DNA from: Minisyncoccota bacterium
GTDB lineage: Bacteria > Patescibacteriota > Minisyncoccia > Phycocordibacterales > JAACPR01
NCBI GenBank assembly: GCA_041674225.1
Contig: JBAYWG010000001.1
Coordinates: 254,667-318,666 of the forward strand
Direction of reading: 5' to 3'
Length of the DNA: 64,000 nt
Position numbers and translations under genes: made by a program. How positions within the stretch are numbered: position 1 is the stretch's first letter; each line of letters starts with the position of its first letter. Under the pieces are notes generated by a model, which searched no databases, was not told where the DNA came from, and saw nothing but the letters and a program-made list of their open reading frames with translations. This document shows positions 48,896-58,364 of this stretch, one piece after another.

Positions 48896-48907
48896 TTTCT
48901 ATTAAAT

Positions 48908-50080
48908 TTAATTTCGCAAAATTTCGTCAATTCTTTGTGCGATTTCTTCAAAATCTTTTTCTGTTTTTCCGTTTGTAGTTTCAGCCGGAGTTCCAATACG
49001 AATTCCAGATGGATCAGAAGGACTTCTAGTATCATTTGGAATTGTGTTTTTGTTCACAATAATCCCCTCTTTTTCCAATCTATCGCTCGCCTCTTTTCCT
49101 GAAATTCCTTTTCCATCCATCCAAGTATCAACTAAAACTAAATGTGAGTCAGTTCCACCAGAAACAATTCGCCAACCCAAACCGCTCAAAGTATCTGCTA
49201 GAGTCTTCGCATTTTTCACTACTTGCTCTGCGTATTTTTTGAAATCACCTGATTGAGCTTCTTTTAAAGCCACCGCCACACCAGCGATTTGATTCATATG
49301 CGGACCACCTTGAAGCCCTGGGAAAACAGCTTTGTTAATTTTTTCATTTAATTTTCTGTCGTCTTTTTTCGCAAAAATTAAAGCGCTTCGTGGACCTCGT
49401 AGAGTTTTGTGAGTTGTTGTTGTGACAATGTCAGCATACGGAAACGGAGATGAATAAACTCCACCCGCCACAAGCCCTGAAATGTGTGACATATCCACCA
49501 TTAAATACGCACCAACTTTATCTGCAATCTCTCGGAACTTTGCCCAATCAATATTTCTCGGGTACGCAGTGAACCCTGCAACAATAATTTCTGGTTTCGC
49601 ATCAACTGCAATTTTTTCTATTTCTTCAAAATTTAAAAGTTCAGTTTCTTTATCAACTCCGTATTGAATTGATTCATAAAAACTTCCTGTCGCAGAAACT
49701 TTGTGCCCGTGAGTTAAGTGCCCTCCGTGATCAAGTCGCATTCCCATAATTTTTCCTCCTTTTGAAACTAGAGCAAAGTACACAGCCAAGTTTGCAGGTG
49801 AACCAGAAAGAGCTTGAACATTTACTGCCCAATCATTTTCATTTAAACCAAAAGTTTTTAGTGCACGACTTTGTGTTAAAAGTTCTACTTCATCCACGAC
49901 TTCATTTCCTCCGTAGTATCTCGCATTCGGATATCCTTCTGCATATTTGTTATTAAATTTTGAACCCAAAGCTTCTAGAACATCTTCTGAAACATAATTC
50001 TCTGACGCAATTAGATTTATTACACTTCCCTGACGTTCGTTTTCTCTTTTTATTAAATCTGCAATTTCAATATCTTTCAT
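48908..50080 (-). CDS. glyA: serine hydroxymethyltransferase
   Basis: LIASENYVSEDVLEALGS...YAEGYPNARYYGG...TTTHKTLRGPR. Confidence 0.95.
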   Translation of the reverse strand: MKDIEIADLIKRENERQGSVINLIASENYVSEDVLEALGSKFNNKYAEGYPNARYYGGNEVVDEVELLTQSRALKTFGLNENDWAVNVQALSGSPANLAVYFALVSKGGKIMGMRLDHGGHLTHGHKVSATGSFYESIQYGVDKETELLNFEEIEKIAVDAKPEIIVAGFTAYPRNIDWAKFREIADKVGAYLMVDMSHISGLVAGGVYSSPFPYADIVTTTTHKTLRGPRSALIFAKKDDRKLNEKINKAVFPGLQGGPHMNQIAGVAVALKEAQSGDFKKYAEQVVKNAKTLADTLSGLGWRIVSGGTDSHLVLVDTWMDGKGISGKEASDRLEKEGIIVNKNTIPNDTRSPSDPSGIRIGTPAETTNGKTEKDFEEIAQRIDEILRN

Positions 50081-50179
50081 AAAAGTAGTGTTAGTTAAAT
50101 AATTTGGCTGTCGCAGAGTTAAATCATGGTAGTTAATTTATAAATACATTTTAGCAAAAAATGCTATTATGGCTAATAG

Positions 50180-50398
50180 ATGAAGGAGCGTAAATATCAA
50201 TCAGATAGTTCTGTTTTCCCGACATCGGATACAGGGATTCAGAAAGAACCCGAAGTAGAAATCTTAATCTTTTCAGAAAACTCAAGAGAACTAGAGACAT
50301 TTCCATGGTTTTGGTTCAAAGGGTGGGCCTTAATCTCCGATGAATTTATAGTCGAGGAATACAAAGGTATTTCTCATGGAAACGGTCTTCCGAGATGA
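50180..50398 (+). CDS. possible small hypothetical protein (72 aa)
   Basis: ORF only, opposite to its neighbours; followed by the terminator at 50421-50453. Confidence 0.25.
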   Translation: MKERKYQSDSSVFPTSDTGIQKEPEVEILIFSENSRELETFPWFWFKGWALISDEFIVEEYKGISHGNGLPR

Positions 50399-50420
50399 AA
50401 TATTTGGAATTATTTAAAGA

Positions 50421-50453
50421 AAATCAGCCGCGGACAAAGTCCGCGGCTTTTAA
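50421..50453. terminator. terminator hairpin, second copy of the gccgcggac-aaa-gtccgcggc motif
   Basis: Identical 21-nt hairpin to the one at 1899-1919. Confidence 0.6.
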
Positions 50454-50465
50454 CTTTCCATTGAT

Positions 50466-50960
50466 CTATTTAAATTGCTTTCCGACAATATTATCCGGAT
50501 GATTTTTATCGAAAAGAATTTCACTTCCCTCCAACAAATACACATCACGAATACCAGCCGAAATCATTGCATCCCAACAAGGTTCACAGCACCACCAATG
50601 ACCCCATAGATAAATGTCCGCACCTTGAGTGTTTACACCCTTTGCTATGGCATCTTTAATAGCAGACTGCTCTCCATGATTTTTTGGATGACAACCTTCG
50701 CAAAGCTCATAGCCTTGCCCGGTCGGAATACCTTGCTTAATTCGCTCACACTCATTGTTTTCATGAAATGTGCTTCCATTAGCTCCCATCGCGACGACAG
50801 CTCTGTCACGCACAATTACGCTCGCATTAGGCATAACTTTGTCCAAGGAATGATTCTGAGCAAACTCCCGAGCCATTTTAATGAACGGATTATCAGCTGG
50901 AACATACTTGATTTCTCGCCCTTCTGGCAGAAACGGATATTTTATTTCTTTCTTTTCCAT
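50466..50960 (-). CDS. dCMP deaminase / CMP-dCMP-type zinc deaminase
   Basis: HGEQSAI...CCEPCWDAMISAG, the zinc-binding H-x-E and PC-x-x-C motifs. Confidence 0.75.
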   Translation of the reverse strand: MEKKEIKYPFLPEGREIKYVPADNPFIKMAREFAQNHSLDKVMPNASVIVRDRAVVAMGANGSTFHENNECERIKQGIPTGQGYELCEGCHPKNHGEQSAIKDAIAKGVNTQGADIYLWGHWWCCEPCWDAMISAGIRDVYLLEGSEILFDKNHPDNIVGKQFK

Positions 50961-51021
50961 ATATTTCTTAAAGTGTCTATAATGCAGATTATCTTTTAGC
51001 CATTATAATGTAAATACTACC

Positions 51022-51858
51022 ATGACCAAATTCGATCAAATCTATCAAAACCTTTTAAAAGATATTCTTGAAAATGGATACAAAGAATTCTCACAAAGAA
51101 CCGGTCTAGAAACATCAGCAATTCCAGGAATGCATTTCAAAATCAATCCAGAAGAAGATGGCTTCCCTCTTTTAACACTTCGAAAAATTCCAATACGCGG
51201 ACCAGTGGTGGAACAAATTTGGTTTTTATCTGGCGCAAGAAAACCTGCAGACTTTTTAAGAAACCACACAAAGATCTGGGACGCTTTCACAAACCCAAAT
51301 GATGTTGTGACTGTGGCCTATGGATATCGTTGGCGAAAACATTTTGGACGAGATCAAATAAAACTTTTAGTTGAACTTTTAGAAAAAGAACCAAGCTCAA
51401 GACATGGAGTGGTAATAGCTTGGGATCCTGCACAAGACGGACTTTCACTTGTAAAAAAAGCCAACGTTCCCTGCCCTTATACATTTACGATAAATATTAT
51501 CGCAGGCAAACTTCACATGCATAATATTGTGCGTTCAAACGATATGATTCTCGGCGCTCCTTTTGATATTGCAGGATTTTGTTTTCTTCAATACATTCTT
51601 GCTCAAAGACTTGGCGTAAAAGTCGGCACATATTCTCACTCAATTTCAAACGCACATATTTATGAAAATCATTATGACGCAGCGAGAGAAATAATTTCTA
51701 GAACAAATGACCATCCTCTAATTAAATTAACTTTACCTGAAAATTCTTTTGAACGTTCGGAACAAAAAGATGAAACTCTTTTGGAAGAAGTTGTTGCTCA
51801 ACTGGAATCACAATACAATCCAATGCCTGCGATTAAAGGATTAAAAATCGCACTCTAA
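51022..51858 (+). CDS. thyA: thymidylate synthase (ThyA family)
   Basis: GFPLLTLRKIP...EQIWFLSG; YGYRWRKHFG; catalytic Cys in VPCPYTFT (PCH replaced by PCP); SNDMILGAPFDIAGF; HIYENH. Confidence 0.8.
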   Translation: MTKFDQIYQNLLKDILENGYKEFSQRTGLETSAIPGMHFKINPEEDGFPLLTLRKIPIRGPVVEQIWFLSGARKPADFLRNHTKIWDAFTNPNDVVTVAYGYRWRKHFGRDQIKLLVELLEKEPSSRHGVVIAWDPAQDGLSLVKKANVPCPYTFTINIIAGKLHMHNIVRSNDMILGAPFDIAGFCFLQYILAQRLGVKVGTYSHSISNAHIYENHYDAAREIISRTNDHPLIKLTLPENSFERSEQKDETLLEEVVAQLESQYNPMPAIKGLKIAL

Positions 51859-51863
51859 ATAAT

Positions 51864-52361
51864 ATGAAAGTTTTTCTAATAGCAGCCGAAACAAAGGATG
51901 AATTTATTGCAAAATCTGATTCTCAAAATTCTATGGATTGGACAAGCGCAGAAGACAAGAAATTTTTTGTCGAAAAAACAAAATCGGCAGGAACTGTAAT
52001 AATGGGAAGAAAGACTTTTGAAACTTTTGGAAGACCACTTAAAGACCGTCGAAACATTGTGATGAGTCGCCAAGAGATTGAAATCCCAGGAGTCGAAGTA
52101 ACTAAAGAATCACCCGAAGAAATCGTAGCTAGATTAAATTTAGAAGGAGTACAAGAATTAGCAGTATGTGGTGGTGCTGAAATTTATAAGATATTTATGG
52201 AAAAAGGTTTAGTTGATGAAGTATTTGTAACTCAAGAAGATGTCGAATTCGGTGAAGGTGTTCCCTTTTTGAACCCTGAATTGCGTCAAAAAATGAAACT
52301 TGTTTCAAGTACAAACTTGTCGGTAAATACGTTATTATTGGAATATAAAGTTGAAAAATAA
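51864..52361 (+). CDS. folA: dihydrofolate reductase
   Basis: MKVFLIAAETKDEFIA...MDWTSAEDKKFF...TVIMGRKTFE. Confidence 0.8.
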   Translation: MKVFLIAAETKDEFIAKSDSQNSMDWTSAEDKKFFVEKTKSAGTVIMGRKTFETFGRPLKDRRNIVMSRQEIEIPGVEVTKESPEEIVARLNLEGVQELAVCGGAEIYKIFMEKGLVDEVFVTQEDVEFGEGVPFLNPELRQKMKLVSSTNLSVNTLLLEYKVEK

Positions 52362-53013
52362 AATGTCTATCATCACCAAAAAACAAATACTAGAAAAAAT
52401 TAATGCCGGAGAAATTATTTTTGAACCAAGTCTTGATGAATTTCAACTTCAAGCTCACGCAATCGACTTGAGACTTGGTTACACTTTTCTTTTACCAAAG
52501 AGATGGCACCTTACAGAAAAAGGGCGTGAGGCATTAAACATTGATCACTTGAGCGACCAACGCCCTGATTATTTTGATGTAATTGAATTAGAAAAAACTC
52601 AGACTTTTGATTTACTTCCCGGAGAATATGTTCTGGCTTCTACTCTTGAAACAATTGGAATTCCAGATGATTTGATGGCAATCCTCTACCCTCGATCTTC
52701 TACAAACAGAAAAGGTCTTTCTGTAGATCTTACTGGGATTGTAGATTCTGGATACAAAGGACAATTAGCGATTCCTATTCGAAACAATACAGAATCACAA
52801 ATTATTAAACTCTATCCAGGAGAAAGGTTCTGCCAAATTGTTTTCCAAAAATTAGATGAAAAAGCTGAGATTAAAGAAAGTCGTTATCACCAAAAAGATA
52901 TAATCGAAGGATTCATAAAACAAAACTTCAAAAACGCAGACAAAGACCGGACTGAAGCAAATCTTGTTAAGGAAGGAAAAATCCCAGAACTTAAATCTGA
53001 ACATAAAGTTTAG
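52351..53013 (+). CDS. dcd: dCTP deaminase (dUTPase superfamily)
   Basis: Dcd-like pattern with a dUTPase beta-barrel (IGIPDDLMAILYPRSSTNRKGLSVDLTGIVDSGYKGQLAIPI). Confidence 0.75.
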   Translation: MKNKMSIITKKQILEKINAGEIIFEPSLDEFQLQAHAIDLRLGYTFLLPKRWHLTEKGREALNIDHLSDQRPDYFDVIELEKTQTFDLLPGEYVLASTLETIGIPDDLMAILYPRSSTNRKGLSVDLTGIVDSGYKGQLAIPIRNNTESQIIKLYPGERFCQIVFQKLDEKAEIKESRYHQKDIIEGFIKQNFKNADKDRTEANLVKEGKIPELKSEHKV

Positions 53014-53023
53014 AAGAGATTTA

Positions 53024-53108
53024 AATAGATAAAACAAAAAACTGCTTTTGAGAACATCCGCAGGACTGTGTAGCGAAGCTACATTGTCCGAGGACCGTTC
53101 GAAAAAAG
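53024..53108. repeat. structured intergenic repeat, copy A (extended hairpin, bidirectional terminator between dcd and rplK)
   Basis: aaaaactgctttt-GAGAACATCCGCAGG-actgtgtagcgaagctacattgt-CCGAGGACCGTTCG-aaaagcagtttttt; outer and inner stems are self-complementary. Confidence 0.65.
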
Positions 53109-53120
53109 CAGTTTTTTGTT

Positions 53121-53543
53121 TTATTTTATTTCTACACCCATTGAACGAGCAGAACCCTCAATGATTTTCATCGCAGCTTCTACATCATTCGCACTTAGAT
53201 CTTCCATTTTCTCTTCTGCAATTGCTCGCAGTTGGTCTTTTGTAATTGATCCAACTTTCTTTGTAAGATTATTTCCAGAACCACCTTTAAGTCCAGCAGC
53301 TTTCATAACTAGAAAACTTGCTGGTGGTTTTTTGTATTCTAAATCAAAGCTTCGATCTTCGTACACTGTAACAACTGTTGGTACAATGTCTCCCATTCGA
53401 CTTTGTGTATCTGCGTTGAACCGATTGATAAATTCACTGATATTAATACCAGCTTGCCCTAGAGAAGGTCCAAGTGGAGGAGCTGGAACAGCCTTCCCTG
53501 CCGGTACTTGAAGCTTCAATTGTTTCATTATTTTCTTAGCCAT
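53121..53543 (-). CDS. rplK: 50S ribosomal protein L11
   Basis: [21 protein letters not shown]...[14 protein letters not shown]. Confidence 0.9.
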   Translation of the reverse strand: MAKKIMKQLKLQVPAGKAVPAPPLGPSLGQAGINISEFINRFNADTQSRMGDIVPTVVTVYEDRSFDLEYKKPPASFLVMKAAGLKGGSGNNLTKKVGSITKDQLRAIAEEKMEDLSANDVEAAMKIIEGSARSMGVEIK

Positions 53544-53561
53544 AGGTTTATAGAGATTAGC

Positions 53562-54107
53562 TTAAATTTTCTTAACCTGCAAGAAGTCTAGTTCTACAGG
53601 AGTTTCTCGACCAAACATTGATACAAGAACTTTGATTTTTCCACGTTCTTCATCAACTTCTTCAATTTTCCCTTCAAGCTCTTTGAAAGGTCCATCGATG
53701 ACCATAATCATGTCATCAACATCTAGATTCATTGAGTGTTTTGCAGTATCTTTTTGCATTCTACCAAACAACTCATCAACTTCTTTTTGTTCTAGTGGCA
53801 CAGGGTAAACTCCTGAACCAACGAAACCTGTAACACGAGGTGTGTTTCGAACTACAAACCAAGAATCATCCGTTACAATCATATCCACCAAAACATATCC
53901 AGGATAAATTTTTTCTTCTACTTCAACTCTCTTCCCTGCTTTGATTTTAATTTTCTTTTCAGTAGGAACTATCACATTGAAAATCTTTTCTTCCATTCCC
54001 AATGATTCAGTTCGTTGTTTTAAATTTTTAAGAACAGCGTTTTCGTATCCAGCGTAAGTATGAATTGCATACCAGTTTCGGTCTCTAGAAGGTTGTTGTT
54101 TTGCCAT
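53562..54107 (-). CDS. nusG: transcription termination/antitermination factor NusG
   Basis: NGN domain (NWYAIHTYAGYENAV) and a C-terminal KOW domain. Confidence 0.85.
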   Translation of the reverse strand: MAKQQPSRDRNWYAIHTYAGYENAVLKNLKQRTESLGMEEKIFNVIVPTEKKIKIKAGKRVEVEEKIYPGYVLVDMIVTDDSWFVVRNTPRVTGFVGSGVYPVPLEQKEVDELFGRMQKDTAKHSMNLDVDDMIMVIDGPFKELEGKIEEVDEERGKIKVLVSMFGRETPVELDFLQVKKI

Positions 54108-54120
54108 ATGAAATTAATTA

Positions 54121-54324
54121 TTAGACGAATAATTTAACGAAGCTAGTAAACAACCAGTCAAATAGACCTAGGTAAGCAGCTACAAAAAGTGAAATAACAA
54201 TAATCAAACTTGTGTAAACTAAAGTTTGTTTTTTTGTAGGCCAAACAACGTGTTTTAGCTCAGCTGATGTTTCTTTTATATAACGAATGATTCCCATATT
54301 TTTATGTAATTTAAAACGCCCCAA
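54121..54324 (-). CDS. secE: preprotein translocase subunit SecE
   Basis: 67 aa with KETSAELKHVVWPTKKQTLVYTSLIIVISLFVAAYLGLFDWL, a single TM. Confidence 0.8.
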   Translation of the reverse strand: MGRFKLHKNMGIIRYIKETSAELKHVVWPTKKQTLVYTSLIIVISLFVAAYLGLFDWLFTSFVKLFV

Positions 54325-54350
54325 AGGGGCGAACTCCTAGATAATACCGT

Positions 54351-54369
54351 ATTCGGTGGTTGGAGTCAA
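54351..54369 (-). promoter_or_regulatory. candidate sigma70 promoter (TTGACT-17-TATTAT) for secE-nusG-rplK
   Basis: Read on the minus strand, about 30-50 nt upstream of the secE ATG. Confidence 0.4.
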
Positions 54370-54427
54370 ATAAAAAAGAGTGCCGAGTTTTTGGCTCGAC
54401 ACTCTTGTAAGCGAGGGTTTTTAGGAA

Positions 54428-55138
54428 TCACTCGTCAAAGAAACCTATAATGCAAGCACTGGAGTCAGAAGTGTTTTCGAACAGATCTAGACCGAGTCCG
54501 AATACAGCACTCGATTTAGAACCAATACATGGAACTCTATGGAACTCCGCAGCATCTTTCCAAAGTCGATTTTTTTCATCAAGCGACAAGTACCGCGGAC
54601 CGTCCGGCAACATATCCCGTTTTTGTTCGAAGACAAGCGACGCACCTTGCGCACCGGCAAAGAAGGCGTTTTGACTTGCCAAGAATGCTAAGCGTTCTTC
54701 ATTCGTGGTTATACCATCAACAACCTGCTTGAACACACGAACATGAATTTTGTCTCCAGACTTGAGGATCCTTGATGGGTTCGGGAAGTTCCCGTCAATA
54801 ATATTTTCATTGAAATAGAATTTGCTACGGTTCTGCATACCAAATCTTCCGAGTTGAGTTGCGTGTTTATAGTCGAAAGGAACAATGATAATTCCTAGAT
54901 CTACAATCAGTGTAAATCTTTCAATTGGATTGGTAATTACATTTCTAAACTTCTCCAGAAAATCTGGTAGTCGCTTAAATTTGCCACCACCAAACATTTT
55001 CTCCCTATCATTAAATGAGAGCTTGTTAAACCTCTCCAAATGTTCGAGTGTTATCTGCCCATTCCTGAGCTTCTGTAGCATGTCAATTTGCAAACCAGCC
55101 AATTTGGCCGCGTCTGCGCCGATGTGTTTTGTACTCAT
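54428..55138 (-). CDS. hypothetical protein (236 aa)
   Basis: ORF with GC-elevated composition; terminator hairpin at 54375-54402; no family recognised. Confidence 0.5.
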   Translation of the reverse strand: MSTKHIGADAAKLAGLQIDMLQKLRNGQITLEHLERFNKLSFNDREKMFGGGKFKRLPDFLEKFRNVITNPIERFTLIVDLGIIIVPFDYKHATQLGRFGMQNRSKFYFNENIIDGNFPNPSRILKSGDKIHVRVFKQVVDGITTNEERLAFLASQNAFFAGAQGASLVFEQKRDMLPDGPRYLSLDEKNRLWKDAAEFHRVPCIGSKSSAVFGLGLDLFENTSDSSACIIGFFDE

Positions 55139-55257
55139 CGTTTTCCTTTCGTTTTTAGTTTATTTCTTGCACCCATATCAAAGTGCTTTGTCTAAAAACT
55201 ACAACACAAAGAGTTCTTTGTCAATCTGAGATTAAACAACATATAAACCTTAAAAAC

Positions 55258-55342
55258 AAAAAATCTCTGAATTTGAGAACATCCGCAGGGAGCATAACGC
55301 AGTTATGTGAACCGAGGACCGTTCGATAATTCAGAGTTTTTT
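55258..55342. repeat. structured intergenic repeat, copy B
   Basis: aaaaatctctgaattt-GAGAACATCCGCAGG-gagcataacgcagttatgtgaa-CCGAGGACCGTTCG-ataattcagagtttttt; the outer stem is complementary but differs in sequence from copy A. Confidence 0.65.
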
Positions 55343-55360
55343 GTTTTAGAGACTTAAACT

Positions 55361-56167
55361 TTATCTAATCTCGTATGTCACATAAACTCTACTTGTAACC
55401 TTCTCCTCCCCTGCAGGCAATTGCGGCGCCACAGAAGACTTAGCCATCATTTCAGCACCACCCATTGCGTCGTATCCATAGTAAGGTGATGGACTTGATT
55501 CTTCATTAAAACTCACAACACCCTTCAATTTTACACCCAAACCTTCTGCCAAAGTTTCAGCTTGTGCTTTTGCTTTTTCAATAGCAATCAAACGAGCTTC
55601 TGCTTTAAACTTTTCAGTATCATCTACTTTAAATGAAATTCCTGAAATGTTTGAAACACCAACAGAACCCACCCCTGAAAGTAGTTCTCCAGCTTTTGAA
55701 GTATCTCGTACAGTTACAGAAATTGTTTGACTCACTTCATAACCAACCAGTCTTTGTTCATTTACACAAACATAATCTCGACAAGTTGAATATTCGTATT
55801 GAGGGTACGCATTGTATCCTGTTGTTTCGATATCTTTTTCTTCAATTCCTCTTCCTTTTAGAAAATCAATTGCTGCATTCATTTTTCCTGAAGCAATATC
55901 TTGTGCATCTTCCACTGAAGGACCTCTTTCATTTACAGAAAATGAAAACTCGGCCACATCTGGTACAGCCACCACTTCCCCCTCTCCTGTTACAGAAATA
56001 ACGTTTGAAGGATATGTTGTGTCTCCATCTGCCCAAGCAATCACTTCTGTTACAATTTTTACAAAAAGAAATGTTGCCAATAAACACAAAACTATCACAC
56101 CCATATAAATTGCCTTGCCGACAGCATAAGATCTATCTGAGACAAAACGACTTGAATCTAAACTCAT
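55361..56167 (-). CDS. SIMPL-domain (DUF541) periplasmic/secreted protein
   Basis: N-terminal TM/signal; VSQTISVTVRDTSKAGELLS...FKAEARLIAIEKAKAQAETLAEGLGVKLKGVVSFNEE. Confidence 0.65.
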   Translation of the reverse strand: MSLDSSRFVSDRSYAVGKAIYMGVIVLCLLATFLFVKIVTEVIAWADGDTTYPSNVISVTGEGEVVAVPDVAEFSFSVNERGPSVEDAQDIASGKMNAAIDFLKGRGIEEKDIETTGYNAYPQYEYSTCRDYVCVNEQRLVGYEVSQTISVTVRDTSKAGELLSGVGSVGVSNISGISFKVDDTEKFKAEARLIAIEKAKAQAETLAEGLGVKLKGVVSFNEESSPSPYYGYDAMGGAEMMAKSSVAPQLPAGEEKVTSRVYVTYEIR

Positions 56168-56202
56168 AAATAATTATTAAATGATAATAACTAATTATAC
56201 TC

Positions 56203-57030
56203 CTATTTTTTGCTAATCAAAAGAAGGTTCTCAAATAAATAAAATACGTTCAAAGGCCCAATTCCACCGGGTACCGGAGTGATTGCAGACACAAGACCCT
56301 TCACAGCTTCAAAATCCACATCCCCTGCCACCTTTCCATCATCAAGCCGACTAATCCCTACATCTATAACTACTTGATCTTTTCCAATATGAAAACTATT
56401 TATTAGGTTTTGCTTGCCCACTGCCACAATCAAGATATCTGCTTGTTTTGTAAAATCCGCCAAGTCACGAGTTTTGTCATGACAAATTGTTACTGTCGCA
56501 TCCCTGTTTAAAAAATGAATCGCCATCGGTTTTCCGACAAGAATTGAATCCCCTACAATCACAACATGCTTCCCAGAAACTTCGATGCTGTATTCTTTCA
56601 AAAGCAAATCCACCGCACCCGCAGTCGCAGGAATAATTCCCGAACCATCATTCATTAATTTCCAAAGATTTTTCGCAGTCAGACCATCAACATCTTTTTC
56701 AGAATCAATCGCGTTGATAATTTTCTCTTTATCAAAATTTGCAGGAAGAGGAAGTTGTACAATAATTCCTTTTACCAATTTGTTTTCATTTCCACTTTTT
56801 ATTTTAGAAATAATTTCTTCTTCGCTCGCAGTTTCTGGCAAATGAGCCACTTCTACATTCACACCAACCTTTTCACCAAACTCAACCTTTTTTGAAACAT
56901 AAACATCAGAAGCCTTATCTTCCCCAACACGCACTATCAAAAGAGTAGATTTATAATCCAATTTTTCAAACTCGTTTTTTAAACCCTCCGATTTTTCGTC
57001 GGCGATTTTCTTTCCTTCTAATAAAATCAT
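56203..57030 (-). CDS. folD: bifunctional methylenetetrahydrofolate dehydrogenase/cyclohydrolase
   Basis: KASDVYVSKKVEF...GIIVQLPLP...VDGL...GKHVVIVGDSILVGKPMA...TPVPGGIGPLNV. Confidence 0.85.
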   Translation of the reverse strand: MILLEGKKIADEKSEGLKNEFEKLDYKSTLLIVRVGEDKASDVYVSKKVEFGEKVGVNVEVAHLPETASEEEIISKIKSGNENKLVKGIIVQLPLPANFDKEKIINAIDSEKDVDGLTAKNLWKLMNDGSGIIPATAGAVDLLLKEYSIEVSGKHVVIVGDSILVGKPMAIHFLNRDATVTICHDKTRDLADFTKQADILIVAVGKQNLINSFHIGKDQVVIDVGISRLDDGKVAGDVDFEAVKGLVSAITPVPGGIGPLNVFYLFENLLLISKK

Positions 57031-57167
57031 TTTTAAAGAATTACAACTGTGATCAAAATCAAAACAAGTAAAACCATCAACATCACACTTGTGACTCTTG
57101 TTTCTTGATTTGAGGTTATCATTAAATCCAACTCTTTATCAAGCTCCACTCCGTTTAAATCTTTTTT

Positions 57168-57333
57168 ATTCTTCATTATCTGTTTTTTCCATTTCTGCAA
57201 TTTGTCTCTTTACATCGTTTCTAAAATCACAATCTTCGCATCGTCCAATTTTAGGACCCTCTGCACAAAGACATTGTTCATCTTCAATTGCAGTTTTTGC
57301 AAAACCTAATTCTCTTTCAGAAAATTCTTGCAT
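57168..57333 (-). CDS. small Cys-rich protein (54 aa) immediately downstream of nrdB
   Basis: Reverse translation MQEFSERELGFAKTAIEDEQCLCAEGPKIGRCEDCDFRNDVKRQIAEMEKTDNEE; four Cys arranged C-x-C...C-x-x-C; below the ORF-track length cutoff. Confidence 0.4.
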
Positions 57334-57344
57334 AATATTTTTAA

Positions 57345-58319
57345 TTAAGCTTTTGAATTAACTTCGTAGTTTGTGTTTTGTTGTTCGAAAAAGTTCACTA
57401 ATTCCAGAACATCTGTTGATGTCGCCATCCATTTTGCTGGATTTTGTACATTGTAGAATGTTTCGAATCCAAGTTCTTCCAATCTTCTGTCAGCAACGTA
57501 TTTAACATATTGATTTACATAATCAGCGTTCAATCCAAGAATTCCATTTGGGAAAAGCTCTTGGTTGTATGCGATTTCAATCTCAACACCTTTGATTACC
57601 ATGTCTCGAATTTCAGTAGCAAATTCTTCTGTTACAAGATCAGAGTTTTCTTCAAGAATTGTTAGAAGCAATGTCATTCCAAATTTCAAGTGAAGACTTT
57701 CATCTCGTACAATCCAGTTGATCAAAGATCCGAAGTTTCGAAGTTTGTTTCTTTGTCGGAAAGAAAGCATCACCATAAATCCAGAGTAAAACCACACACC
57801 TTCCATGATCACGTTTGTTGCAACAAGGTTTCGAATGAAATCTTTCTTCCCTTCTGGAGATTCGATATCGATTTTGTCTTCTGTCATTCTCTTTGTGAAG
57901 GTTTGCACAAAATTTTCTTTTTCAATCATTGCTGGAACAACTAAATGTTTTCCATAAATTTCTTCTCTGTCCCACGGGAAAGTTTCTAGCATGTATTCGA
58001 AAGTCATACAGTGGTTTGCTTCTTCATACATCCATTTTGCCAAAAATAAGTGGCACTCAGCAGATTTGATATAAGGATAAATTCCAAGTGCAATTGATCG
58101 GTTTACCACAAGCTCAGCAGGGTTCATAAAAGACATGATGAATTTAACAGCATCCACCTCGTCTTCAGTCATTGATTGCAAATCGTCCAAATCCTCTTTC
58201 AAAGGAACCTCTTTTGGAAACCAAGTGTTTGCAACAGCTTGCTCAAACAATTCTCTGGCCCATCCGTATGTTGATGGATAAATGTTGTAATCTTTTTCTT
58301 CTGCTTTTCCAATTAACAT
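57345..58319 (-). CDS. nrdB: ribonucleotide reductase small subunit (class I R2)
   Basis: Ferritin-like di-iron ligands (EANHCMTFEYMLE, EGVWFYSGF...RDESLH). Confidence 0.8.
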   Translation of the reverse strand: MLIGKAEEKDYNIYPSTYGWARELFEQAVANTWFPKEVPLKEDLDDLQSMTEDEVDAVKFIMSFMNPAELVVNRSIALGIYPYIKSAECHLFLAKWMYEEANHCMTFEYMLETFPWDREEIYGKHLVVPAMIEKENFVQTFTKRMTEDKIDIESPEGKKDFIRNLVATNVIMEGVWFYSGFMVMLSFRQRNKLRNFGSLINWIVRDESLHLKFGMTLLLTILEENSDLVTEEFATEIRDMVIKGVEIEIAYNQELFPNGILGLNADYVNQYVKYVADRRLEELGFETFYNVQNPAKWMATSTDVLELVNFFEQQNTNYEVNSKA

Positions 58320-58364
58320 AATATTTTCAATTAATAACTTGATTAATAAACCCTACTTATAATT

